Shown: piece after piece, positions 21,855 to 31,163 of the stretch
How the letters are laid out: the number at the start of each line of letters is the position of its first letter
Position numbering within the stretch: position 1 is the first letter of the stretch
Source: an uncultured Nitrospinaceae bacterium
GTDB taxonomy: Bacteria > UBA8248
NCBI GenBank assembly: GCA_964005815.1
Contig: CAXFSR010000063.1
Coordinates: forward strand, 1 to 64,000
Direction of reading: 5' to 3'
Length of the DNA stretch: 64,000 nucleotides
Notes under the pieces: generated by a model
The model's input: the letters and a program-made list of their open reading frames with translations, nothing else
The model's database searches: none
Told to the model about the DNA's origin: nothing
Program-made: the position numbers and the translations under genes

Positions 21855-22592
21855 TTACTTTTCCATAATTGTATTTAAGTTTATGCCAGAATGGTAGGAA
21901 AGAAAATAATATCCTAAACGAATAATCTCTTCCTGTATCTGAGTAATAATTTTCATGTCGTGAATTTCATATATATTTTTACGAAATGATTCGTTAATAG
22001 TCATGATAGTCCCTTGAGATAACTTCACTACGTGCTCAGAACTTAGTTTGCAATCTAAACAACGAAGTTCTCCATTTTCTAGATTAAAATACACTCTTTT
22101 CCTATTGTTCCCGCTTACACATTCTTCGCAATAATTCAAGGTAGGTGCAAACCCTAAAGCTATAATCTCGCCCAATAGAAAAGTGCATTCCACATTCTTG
22201 GGAACTAAACCACTTTCTATAGATTGAAGGGCATTTTTGAAGATATTATAATTTACAATTTCAGCATCACTCGAAGAAAAAAGTCTATCAGTTATCTTTA
22301 TAATTCGGAGTGCTACCTGCATTGAATCATAGTCCTCCCATAAACGCCTAAAAACTTTTGAAGTATCACAATTCCTCAAGGTACCTAGATCAGAAGTGTC
22401 TTTTTTGTACCATTCTAAATGCACTAAAGAACCAGGTTCAAAATGTACTCCAGATTGCTTTTTAGAACCCCTGACACCCCTACATACTAATTTTACTTTC
22501 CCATAAGCTTCTGTAAGATAAGAAACTATAAGACTAGTATTAGAAAAAGGTATCTTATTGAGAACAATACCTTCTGAATTATAAATTCCCAT
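21855..22592 (-). CDS. recO: DNA repair protein RecO
   Basis: EGIVL...LTEAYGKV...GVR N-terminal OB region, C-terminal CxxC...CxxC; era-proximal. Confidence 0.85.
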   Translation of the reverse strand: MGIYNSEGIVLNKIPFSNTSLIVSYLTEAYGKVKLVCRGVRGSKKQSGVHFEPGSLVHLEWYKKDTSDLGTLRNCDTSKVFRRLWEDYDSMQVALRIIKITDRLFSSSDAEIVNYNIFKNALQSIESGLVPKNVECTFLLGEIIALGFAPTLNYCEECVSGNNRKRVYFNLENGELRCLDCKLSSEHVVKLSQGTIMTINESFRKNIYEIHDMKIITQIQEEIIRLGYYFLSYHSGINLNTIMEK

Positions 22593-22701
22593 TTTTCAAT
22601 CCTAATTAAAAAAAATCACTTGACGGATCCATAAAATTAAACGATATTCACATTGTTATCTTTTTGCAAATTATATTAACGATATAGATAGGGATTTATA
22701 T

Positions 22702-22890
22702 ATGCCAGGAGTTAGAGTTCTTGAAGGTGATTCAATAGATAAAGCTTTGAAGCAATTCAAGAAACAGTGTGAAAAATCAGGTATTCTCACTGAAATAAAG
22801 AAAAGAGAATACTATGAGAAACCAAGTGTCCGTAGGAAAAGAAAGATAATTGCTGCAAGAAAGAAAAGAGCAAGATCTCAGACCAGATAA
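22702..22890 (+). CDS. rpsU: 30S ribosomal protein S21
   Basis: [29 protein letters not shown]. Confidence 0.95.
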   Translation: MPGVRVLEGDSIDKALKQFKKQCEKSGILTEIKKREYYEKPSVRRKRKIIAARKKRARSQTR

Positions 22891-22905
22891 ATCTTTCACA
22901 ATTCC

Positions 22906-23796
22906 TTAATTTGAATATCCTAGTTCGTTCAGAGACGAATCTTTCTGTCTCCAATTTTCTTTTACTCCAACCTTCAAATTCAGATATACCTTTGTATCTA
23001 AATAATTTTCTATCTCCAATCTAGAAGATTCCCCAATCATCTTTATTTTTGAAGCATTCTTTCCTATCAAAATTCCTTTTTGACTTTCTCTTTCTACAAA
23101 AATAACAGCTTCTATCTCATACAAAGATTTCTTTGAATTCATTTCAAATCTATGGACTCTAACCGCTGAAGAATATGGAATCTCCTTATAAGATTTCAAA
23201 TACACTTGCTCTCTAATTAATTCACTCACAAAAAAAACATCGTCGGAATCAGAAAGAATGTCCGGAGGATAAAGTTCTGGACCTTCAGGTAAAATCTCTA
23301 ACAGGACATCCAATAGTCTACTAATATTTTGATTCTTTTGCGCAGAAATAGGAACTATCTCATGAATATTCTTCATTTTTGAAAAATTTTCCATCATTTC
23401 AAAAAGGACTGTTTTATCTTTAAATTTATCTATTTTATTAAGCACCAAAACTATCGGAACTTCCATATTCAACAAAAAGTCTTTAATAATCTCTTGATTA
23501 AAATTACTAGCAACGTCAATCATGTAAAGGACTATATCAGCATTTGCACAAGCCGTTTTTACCTCTTCCACCAAAATTTTATCTAGTCTACTTTTTGCTC
23601 TTTCAATTCCAGGTGTATCATAAAAAACAATTTGACCATTTGGTTGATTTGAGATCCCAAGAATATTTGTTCTTGTCGTTCCAGGCTTCCTGGTAACAAT
23701 TCCTAATTTTTCATTGAGAATTTGATTTAAAAGTGTAGATTTACCAACGTTGGGAAGACCAACGATAGCCACAAATCCCGAACAAAAATCATTCAT
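22906..23796 (-). CDS. era: GTPase Era
   Basis: GLPNVGKSTL, DTPG, NKID, EIPYS, KH domain SQKGILIG. Confidence 0.95.
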   Translation of the reverse strand: MNDFCSGFVAIVGLPNVGKSTLLNQILNEKLGIVTRKPGTTRTNILGISNQPNGQIVFYDTPGIERAKSRLDKILVEEVKTACANADIVLYMIDVASNFNQEIIKDFLLNMEVPIVLVLNKIDKFKDKTVLFEMMENFSKMKNIHEIVPISAQKNQNISRLLDVLLEILPEGPELYPPDILSDSDDVFFVSELIREQVYLKSYKEIPYSSAVRVHRFEMNSKKSLYEIEAVIFVERESQKGILIGKNASKIKMIGESSRLEIENYLDTKVYLNLKVGVKENWRQKDSSLNELGYSN

Positions 23797-23826
23797 AGTT
23801 TTTGTCTTTGATTTGAAATAGATCCA

Positions 23827-25593
23827 CTAAGAAAGTCCCAGATCTCTGAGTTGTATCCTATCTACTTCAGTAGGAGCATCTGTCATAAGACAAGTGGACT
23901 TCTGCGTTTTAGGAAATGCAATCACGTCCCTAATAGAATCGGCTCCAGCTAACAACATAACTATTCTATCTAGTCCAAATGCAATACCTCCATGTGGAGG
24001 AGTGCCATATTCAAGAGCTTCCAAGAAAAACCCAAAACGCTCTTTAGCCTCTTCTTTACTTAATCCTAATGTGTCAAACATTTTTTGTTGCACGTCTCTT
24101 TGATAAATTCTCTGACTTCCACCCCCTATTTCACTTCCATTCACAACTACATCATAAGCACAGGCTCTCATTTTTGATGGATCAGATTCAAACAATTCAA
24201 TATCTTCTTCAACAGGAAGAGTAAAAGGATGATGCATTGCAAAAAATCTTTGTTCATCTTCATCCCATTCAAACATCGGAAAATCTACAACCCAACAAAA
24301 ACTAAATTTATTTTTATCACGAAGTTCTAATCTATCTCCAAGGTCTAACCTTAATTGACCAAGCACAGATGCACTCACTTTCTCTGAATCAGCAACCATG
24401 AGAATCAAATCTCCCTCTTCGGCACTTGTTTTTTCTGCGATAGAGTCTAATTGATCGTCAGAAAAGAATTTAACGATATTCGACTCAAACCCATTTTCTG
24501 TCATTTTCATCCAGGCCAAACCATTCGCACCCAGTTCCTGTGCTCTTGCAATTAAGTCTTCTATTTCTTTTCTAGACATCGACGACAAACCCTTAGCGGC
24601 AAGAGCTCTAACGATACCACCGCCTTCTACTGTTCCCTTAAAAACTTTAAAATTACTTTCTGAGGCAATTTCAGTAATATTTGCTAATCTCATTTCAAAC
24701 CGAGTATCTGGCCGATCATTTCCATAGAATTCAATTGCATCTTTGTAAGCAATAACCTGAAAAGGTTCGACTACATTTACTCCTAAAACCTTACTCCATA
24801 TCTGACATACGAGTTCCTCCATTTTTTTCATAAATGGCTTCATTCCCAAGAAGGAACATTCAATATCTATTTGTGTAAATTCAGGCTGCCTATCAGCACG
24901 CAAGTCTTCGTCTCTAAAACATTTTACTATTTGATAATATTTATCTAACCCTGAAATCATCAATATTTGCTTAAACATTTGCGGGCTTTGTGGTAGAGCA
25001 AAAAACATTCCTTTATGTATTCTACTTGGCACAAGATAATCCCTTGCCCCTTCAGGAGTGCTTTTAGTTAGGACTGGCGTTTCTACATCTATAAAATCTT
25101 CACCATTAAGAAACTCTCGAACAACGGTCGTTGTCTTATGTCTAAGTTTCAAATTGTCAGAAAGAGAAGATCTTCGAAGATCAAGGTATCTGTATTGGAG
25201 CCTAAGGGACTCACCCACTTCAACTTCATCATCAATCTCAAATGGAGGCGTCTTCGATTCACTTAAAACTTGTAACTCTGTCACTGATACTTCAATTTCA
25301 CCCGTAGATATTTTTTCATTCACCATATCTTCAGGCCTTGCATTCACATTCCCTCTAATAGCTATGACCCACTCGCTTCTTACTTTTTCCGCTAGTACAT
25401 GAACACTTTTATTTATTGCAGGATCTGCAACAACCTGTGCAACTCCTGAATTATCCCTTAAATCTATAAAAATTAATCCACCATGATCACGACTTCTCTT
25501 GACCCATCCTTTGAGAATCACTTCTTTTCCAATATGATCCTTAGTGAGTTCTCCGCACTTATGGGTTCTTTCACCAATCACAGATTCATTCAA
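23827..25593 (-). CDS. aspS: Aspartate--tRNA ligase (probably non-discriminating Asp/Asn)
   Basis: RTHKCGEL, RDHGG (His typical of ND enzymes), CFRDEDLRADRQPEFTQ, PPHGGIAFGLDR; TTG start. Confidence 0.96.
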   Translation of the reverse strand: MNESVIGERTHKCGELTKDHIGKEVILKGWVKRSRDHGGLIFIDLRDNSGVAQVVADPAINKSVHVLAEKVRSEWVIAIRGNVNARPEDMVNEKISTGEIEVSVTELQVLSESKTPPFEIDDEVEVGESLRLQYRYLDLRRSSLSDNLKLRHKTTTVVREFLNGEDFIDVETPVLTKSTPEGARDYLVPSRIHKGMFFALPQSPQMFKQILMISGLDKYYQIVKCFRDEDLRADRQPEFTQIDIECSFLGMKPFMKKMEELVCQIWSKVLGVNVVEPFQVIAYKDAIEFYGNDRPDTRFEMRLANITEIASESNFKVFKGTVEGGGIVRALAAKGLSSMSRKEIEDLIARAQELGANGLAWMKMTENGFESNIVKFFSDDQLDSIAEKTSAEEGDLILMVADSEKVSASVLGQLRLDLGDRLELRDKNKFSFCWVVDFPMFEWDEDEQRFFAMHHPFTLPVEEDIELFESDPSKMRACAYDVVVNGSEIGGGSQRIYQRDVQQKMFDTLGLSKEEAKERFGFFLEALEYGTPPHGGIAFGLDRIVMLLAGADSIRDVIAFPKTQKSTCLMTDAPTEVDRIQLRDLGLS

Positions 25594-25648
25594 AATAAAA
25601 CTCCATATTTTTATAATTTAAAGTTATATATTATATATACGTTGTAAA

Positions 25649-27325
25649 TCACTGTTTTTCATTGTTAAAAACACTAACAGATTTTTCCCACTTAGTAGAC
25701 AAAACATCTGGTTCAATTGGACAATCTATAATGTGAACGTGTTTTTCATGCAGGGCAATATCAAGACTTTCTGCAAGGTCATTTTTAGATAAAATTTTAT
25801 GACCTTTTGCCCCAAATGATTTCGCTAATGTAACAAAATCAGGATTATTTATATCTGTTGCAATATACCTTTCACCATAAACGTATTTCTGTGAATGCCT
25901 TAATGCCCCATATTTTCCATCATTGAAAATTACAATAATTATATGAAGAGAATGACTTACTGCGGCCGCGAGTTCTCCGCATACCATAGTGAAACTTCCA
26001 TCTCCTATAATACCGCATACTGGTCTTTCAGGAGCACCTATTTTAGCACCTATAGAAGCTCCTAAAGCATAACCCATAGATTGGTATGCTTCTGAGAGCA
26101 AAATACTATTTGGCTGAAAAACAGTAAAAGCCTCTTCCATCAACCAACTCTGCGTAGCCGAAGAATCTGAAAGAAATACAGTGTTTGGGGGCATAACGTC
26201 TCTAATAGTTTTCATTACAAATAACCCATGGAAAGGAGGGTTGTTTTCATTAGACATAAATGTATCAAGCCTTTCTTTATAAAGAGACCTACTAGACTTG
26301 ATTCTATAGAGACTTTCTGTATTAGCTGATGGAGCAACATCCTCTAATCTTTTTAAAATCCCCTGCAAACAAAGATTGATTTCTGCTTGAATTGAAAGTA
26401 TTGTCGGATAGTTTCTCCCTAATCTATCTTCTGCAATATCAATCTGCATGAGATTATTTGTCATCGGCATTTTATAGTAGGAAGTAGAAAATTGTCCAAA
26501 TCCTGTTCCAAGAGCTAAACAAAGGTCAGACTCTTTAAGCATATCTTCACATCCAACAAAACTTGGCAGTCCAAAAGAAATTGGATCTTCTTCAGACAAT
26601 ACCCCCCTACCCTTTATTGAAGTAATTACAGGAGCTCCTAGCTTCAATGCTAGAGTCTGCAGAAGCTTTTCTGCTTTAGCTACAACAACACCTGAACCTG
26701 CATAAATGATCGGTTTATTGGCTTTTAATAACAATTCAACTATTTCATCTAATTTTGATTCATCAATGGCCGGAGCAGGATCTGGAGAAGGAACAATTGT
26801 GCTTACTATCTGCTTTTCTTCTTCTGCTTTAAATAAGTTGGCTTTCATTACAATTTGCACTGGCCCAGGCCTTCCCTCATTTGCCCACACAAAAGCAGCT
26901 TCCACGTAAGCTTTAATTTCAGAAACTTTATTTGGGACAAAAACTTTCTTAACACAAGAAGCTAATGCATTTTCCATATCTACATCATGTATCGCACTTT
27001 TGTGACGCATAGCATCAGAAAGAGCAGACGTTATCGCAACAACTGGAACACTATCTTCTTTAGAGGATTGCAAAGCAGTCGCAATATTTGTCCCACCTGG
27101 ACCAGGAACTGTAAAAACAACTCCTGTTTTTCCAGAAACCCTAGAATATCCGTCTGCTGCAAAAGCAGCACCTTGTTCATGACGATTCACTATTGGGTAA
27201 ATATTTGGAAAATCAATCAGAGAATCATAAAAAGGCAATGTCAGAGTCCCTGGAATTCCAAAAATGTACTCTACACCTTCTTCATGAAGACTATCTAAAA
27301 GTACTTGCGAACCTGTTCTCGACAT
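25649..27325 (-). CDS. Thiamine-diphosphate-dependent enzyme (acetolactate synthase large-subunit superfamily), substrate unknown
   Basis: FGIPG, RHEQGAAFAADGY, PGPGGTN, GRPGPV, GDGSF...FND ThDP motif; no ilvH partner. Confidence 0.85.
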   Translation of the reverse strand: MSRTGSQVLLDSLHEEGVEYIFGIPGTLTLPFYDSLIDFPNIYPIVNRHEQGAAFAADGYSRVSGKTGVVFTVPGPGGTNIATALQSSKEDSVPVVAITSALSDAMRHKSAIHDVDMENALASCVKKVFVPNKVSEIKAYVEAAFVWANEGRPGPVQIVMKANLFKAEEEKQIVSTIVPSPDPAPAIDESKLDEIVELLLKANKPIIYAGSGVVVAKAEKLLQTLALKLGAPVITSIKGRGVLSEEDPISFGLPSFVGCEDMLKESDLCLALGTGFGQFSTSYYKMPMTNNLMQIDIAEDRLGRNYPTILSIQAEINLCLQGILKRLEDVAPSANTESLYRIKSSRSLYKERLDTFMSNENNPPFHGLFVMKTIRDVMPPNTVFLSDSSATQSWLMEEAFTVFQPNSILLSEAYQSMGYALGASIGAKIGAPERPVCGIIGDGSFTMVCGELAAAVSHSLHIIIVIFNDGKYGALRHSQKYVYGERYIATDINNPDFVTLAKSFGAKGHKILSKNDLAESLDIALHEKHVHIIDCPIEPDVLSTKWEKSVSVFNNEKQ

Positions 27326-27504
27326 TTACACCTCAATTTACTGCTATAATTAAAAACGTTATTCGTTCTTATATCGGCAATTACAAAAAATATCAAAACA
27401 AGAAAAGCAGAATATCCCAATGTTTTGGTAAACTACAATCGAGACTTTGAAATTTTAAGAATTAGAAGTAAGGTAAGCATTAATATTTTAGACGAGGAAA
27501 TGAT

Positions 27505-28782
27505 TTGCCAAAGCCAAAATTCACAACAGTCAGAGGGGTTCACGACAGTCTACCAGAATCTTTTCATACTTGGCGTCACATAGAAAATATAGCAAGAAAC
27601 ATGTTTTCTTTATTCAATTATGAAGAGATTAATATTCCCATATTTGAACAAACAAGCTTATTTCAAAGAGGAATCGGAACGGAAACAGACATCGTCTCTA
27701 AAGAAATGTACACCTTTGATGATAAAGGGGGCGATTCAATTACACTTAGACCCGAAGCAACTGCCTCAATTTGCAGGGCCTATGTACAACATGCTCTTTA
27801 CAACAAACAAAAACTAAACAAATTATTTTTCATAGGTCCAATGTTCAGGTATGAGAGACCACAATCTGGAAGATTAAGACAATTCCATCAAATTGATGCT
27901 GAAGCAATCGGCTCAAAAGATCCAGCTATTGACGCCGAAATGATAATTTTGTTGATGAATTTCCTGAAATCTTTAGGACTAAAAGATCTTCGTTTACAAA
28001 TAAACAACTTAGGAGATTTAGAATCCAGGAAAAATTATTCTAAAGAATTAGAATCATTTCTTCTAGACAACGGAAATTCATTGGATTCTGACATTATAGA
28101 CAGAATTAAAAAAAACCCTTTTCGATTTCTTGACAGCAAAAATCCAAACCATCAAGAACTTATTGAATTGGCCCCAACAAACGAAAGTTTTTTAGACACT
28201 GATTCATTAAAACACATGGAGTCTGTCAAAAGTTATTTAGAATCGAGCAATATCCCTTTTAACTATAACAAAAGATTAGTAAGAGGTTTAGATTATTACT
28301 GCCTCACTGTTTTTGAAATAACTAGCGAAAATTTAGGTGCACAGAATGCTGTTTGCGGTGGTGGTCGGTATGACAAGCTTATAGAAGAACTTGGCGGTCC
28401 TGAAACCCCCGCCATTGGTTTTGCCATAGGAATTGAGAGATTATTGCAACTTGTCTCTGAATCAACCATAGAAGAAGGGGCGCATTCCAAAAACCCCGAA
28501 ATTTACATTATATCTTTAGGAAAAGAACCAATGTCTATTTCATTTAAAATATCGAATCAACTCAGAGAAAGTGGCATCCGTACAGAACTGTCCTTTGACG
28601 GTGGAAGCATGAAGAACCAAATGAAAAAAGCAAACCGCTCTTCTGCAAAATTTGCACTCATTATTGGAGAAGACGAAATTGCAACCAATTCGGCTATACT
28701 TAGAAATATGAATGATAGTAGCCAAGAAGAAATAAAACTTTCTGGAATAGAAAAAATCATCAAAGAAAAAATACAAAATTAA
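27505..28782 (+). CDS. hisS: Histidine--tRNA ligase
   Basis: LRPEAT, FRYERPQSGRLRQFHQ, LVRGLDYY, GGGRYD, GFAIGIER; TTG start. Confidence 0.97.
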   Translation: MPKPKFTTVRGVHDSLPESFHTWRHIENIARNMFSLFNYEEINIPIFEQTSLFQRGIGTETDIVSKEMYTFDDKGGDSITLRPEATASICRAYVQHALYNKQKLNKLFFIGPMFRYERPQSGRLRQFHQIDAEAIGSKDPAIDAEMIILLMNFLKSLGLKDLRLQINNLGDLESRKNYSKELESFLLDNGNSLDSDIIDRIKKNPFRFLDSKNPNHQELIELAPTNESFLDTDSLKHMESVKSYLESSNIPFNYNKRLVRGLDYYCLTVFEITSENLGAQNAVCGGGRYDKLIEELGGPETPAIGFAIGIERLLQLVSESTIEEGAHSKNPEIYIISLGKEPMSISFKISNQLRESGIRTELSFDGGSMKNQMKKANRSSAKFALIIGEDEIATNSAILRNMNDSSQEEIKLSGIEKIIKEKIQN

Positions 28783-29168
28783 GAAATTATTTTAAAAGTC
28801 CCTCTTTCAACAGCATCCTGGAATCTTCTCAAAATCCAACCTTGTAGTTTGTGCCTCAAAAAAGGAACCATGACTGCAAATCCTACGACATCTGTTGCAA
28901 TACCGGGAGTCAACAATAAAATACCACCAGCAAAGACTATAGCACCTCCTATTAGTTCTGCAGCGGGCATTACCCCTTGAGAAATTTCTGTCTGAATTTG
29001 TCTCAAAACAATCATTCCCTGCATCCTAGATATCCAGGCACCCAGAAAACCTGTCAATAAAATTATAAGCAAAGTCGCATTCAAACCAATTGCACTGCCG
29101 ATATCGAAAAGAAGAACAATCTCCACAATCGGCACCAAAATAAATAACAATACAATCTTAAAAAACAT
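28779..29168 (-). CDS. fxsA: FxsA family membrane protein
   Basis: FILVPIVEI, GGILLLTPGIATD; start placed at ATG 29168 after AGGAG. Confidence 0.88.
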   Translation of the reverse strand: MFFKIVLLFILVPIVEIVLLFDIGSAIGLNATLLIILLTGFLGAWISRMQGMIVLRQIQTEISQGVMPAAELIGGAIVFAGGILLLTPGIATDVVGFAVMVPFLRHKLQGWILRRFQDAVERGTFKIIS

Positions 29169-29253
29169 TTCTTCTCCTATATAATCAAATGCAACGATAT
29201 TTATGCTAACATCAATATCGTTAAAAAAAAATGTGAATTTAAGGAGAGACTGT

Positions 29254-30321
29254 ATGTCAAACGAAATGAAAGCCATGCGTATTCATGAACTAGGCGGTGG
29301 ATTTCAATTAGAAAATATTCCAATACCAAAACCAGGGCCAAACGAAGCACTTCTAAAACTCAAAGCTACCGGCGTAGGACTTACCCTTGCGATAATGAGA
29401 AAAACCCAAGGACTTATTAATAATTACCCAAGGGTAATGGGACACGAAATTGCCGGTGAAGTTGTAGAAATTGGTTCAGAGGTTCCCTCTGAAATTATTA
29501 ATATCGGAGATATTGCTACTTGTCATTTTTATTTAACCTGCAAGAACTGCAATTACTGTCGAAGTGGAAGAGAAAGCCTTTGCGAAAATTTCAAAGGTTT
29601 TTTTGGACTAGTCATGGACGGAGGATACGCTGAATATACGGTTGTACCGGCAGTTAATTTATGCAAAGTACCATCAGAAGTAACCCCATTAGACGCATGT
29701 CTTGCAGCGGATGCGATATGCACTCCTTATCATAATTGCATAACTGAGGCGCAAATAAAACCTGGCAATACTGTGGCTATATGCGGTGCTGGTGGTGGTG
29801 TAGCCATACATGCTGTACAAATGGCACAACTATGTGGTGGACATGTAATTGGAATAGATGTGTCGAACAAGAAACTAGAAGCAGTCTCCGAACTAGGGGC
29901 ATTCGCTACAGTGAATCCAATGGAAAATGATGTCACAGAAGAACTCTTCGCGCTTACTGATGGGAAAGGTGTAGATGTCTACATCGATTACGTAGCAACC
30001 AAAGAAACCCTAGAAATAGGAATGGATACCCTAGGTCGTGCAGGAAAATTAATTATAGTCGGTTATAGGCCGCCAAGTGCATTCGATGGAACTCTACCAA
30101 ACTTTTCTGTCGACCCTCTAAAAGTATTAAATAATGCTCAAGAGATACACGGATCTCGATATTGCTCTATGGATGAACTTAGACAATCTTTAGAATTACT
30201 AAGACAGAAAAAAATTAAGCCGATTGTAACCGAAACGTTCAAGCTAGAAGAATTGGAGATAGCGTTTCAAGCTCTATTGAAAAACAAAGTCACTGGGAGA
30301 GCGGCAATTCTTTTTGATTAA
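29254..30321 (+). CDS. Medium-chain dehydrogenase/reductase (Zn-ADH fold) with atypical catalytic site
   Basis: GHE motif, structural Zn CKNCNYC..C, GAGGGVA Rossmann; AAGGAG RBS before ATG 29254. Confidence 0.85.
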   Translation: MSNEMKAMRIHELGGGFQLENIPIPKPGPNEALLKLKATGVGLTLAIMRKTQGLINNYPRVMGHEIAGEVVEIGSEVPSEIINIGDIATCHFYLTCKNCNYCRSGRESLCENFKGFFGLVMDGGYAEYTVVPAVNLCKVPSEVTPLDACLAADAICTPYHNCITEAQIKPGNTVAICGAGGGVAIHAVQMAQLCGGHVIGIDVSNKKLEAVSELGAFATVNPMENDVTEELFALTDGKGVDVYIDYVATKETLEIGMDTLGRAGKLIIVGYRPPSAFDGTLPNFSVDPLKVLNNAQEIHGSRYCSMDELRQSLELLRQKKIKPIVTETFKLEELEIAFQALLKNKVTGRAAILFD

Positions 30322-30336
30322 AAAGAAAGCAATTTC

Positions 30337-31059
30337 ATGTCACTTTCACAACAAAAAGAGAGTCTTATCGTTTTCACAAAACCCGCCTTACTTGGAAGAG
30401 TTAAAACACGTTTAGGCCAGGAAATTGGAGAACAATCTGCTTTAAATTTTCATAAAGCTTTACTCAAAAACATTAGCATTGTTGCAAAAAAAGTTTTTGC
30501 TAAAAGACATTCTGTTTCACTCATCGCTGCATGGTCTTTTGAACCTAAAGAACACCTAAATGAATTTCCAATTTCAGAATGGTTACCTGGACCTTTTCTT
30601 CACACAAAACAAAATGGTAAAAATTTAGGAGGAAAGATGCTTTCCTCTCTAGGGAGAAGATTAGCACAAGGAGACAACACTATCCTTATAGGGACTGACA
30701 TTCCAGAAATTGATGAACGAACCATCCTAGATTCTTTTGACTCAATTTCTTTCAAAAACAAAAGCATAGAAAATAACAAGATGGTTATTGGTCCATCAAA
30801 AGATGGAGGATTTTACTTAATCGGAACAAATACATATAACAGCTCTATTTTTAACGAAATCGATTGGAATTCTGAGAATACTTCAATTGGTTTAATAGAA
30901 AATATCAAGAAAATAAATTGTTCATATACATTAATGCCAGAAAAGATTGACATTGATTTTTTAAATGATATTAGAAGTTTAAAGAGAAAATTTAAAAAAA
31001 ATGATTCTCTTTTTCAATCGAGACTGAGAACAGAAATAGAAAAATTAGATCTAATATAG
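30337..31059 (+). CDS. DUF2064 / TIGR04282-like glycosyltransferase-A fold protein
   Basis: FTKP..GRVKTRL, Q.G.NLG..M, IGTDIP, IGPSKDGGFYLIG, DID..D. Confidence 0.85.
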   Translation: MSLSQQKESLIVFTKPALLGRVKTRLGQEIGEQSALNFHKALLKNISIVAKKVFAKRHSVSLIAAWSFEPKEHLNEFPISEWLPGPFLHTKQNGKNLGGKMLSSLGRRLAQGDNTILIGTDIPEIDERTILDSFDSISFKNKSIENNKMVIGPSKDGGFYLIGTNTYNSSIFNEIDWNSENTSIGLIENIKKINCSYTLMPEKIDIDFLNDIRSLKRKFKKNDSLFQSRLRTEIEKLDLI

Positions 31060-31163
31060 AGTTATTTGCTATCTATTAAGAACCAAAGCAATTTATTTTT
31101 TACAACTATTCGTTTATGCTGTTAATTATTATTGAAACTTAAAATTCTCTATAAGGAATCAAA

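Noticed and set aside
25649..27325. ilvB/ilvI assignment
   Set aside because: No small subunit or ilvC nearby, and AHAS-specific motifs (e.g. GMVRQWQ) are absent
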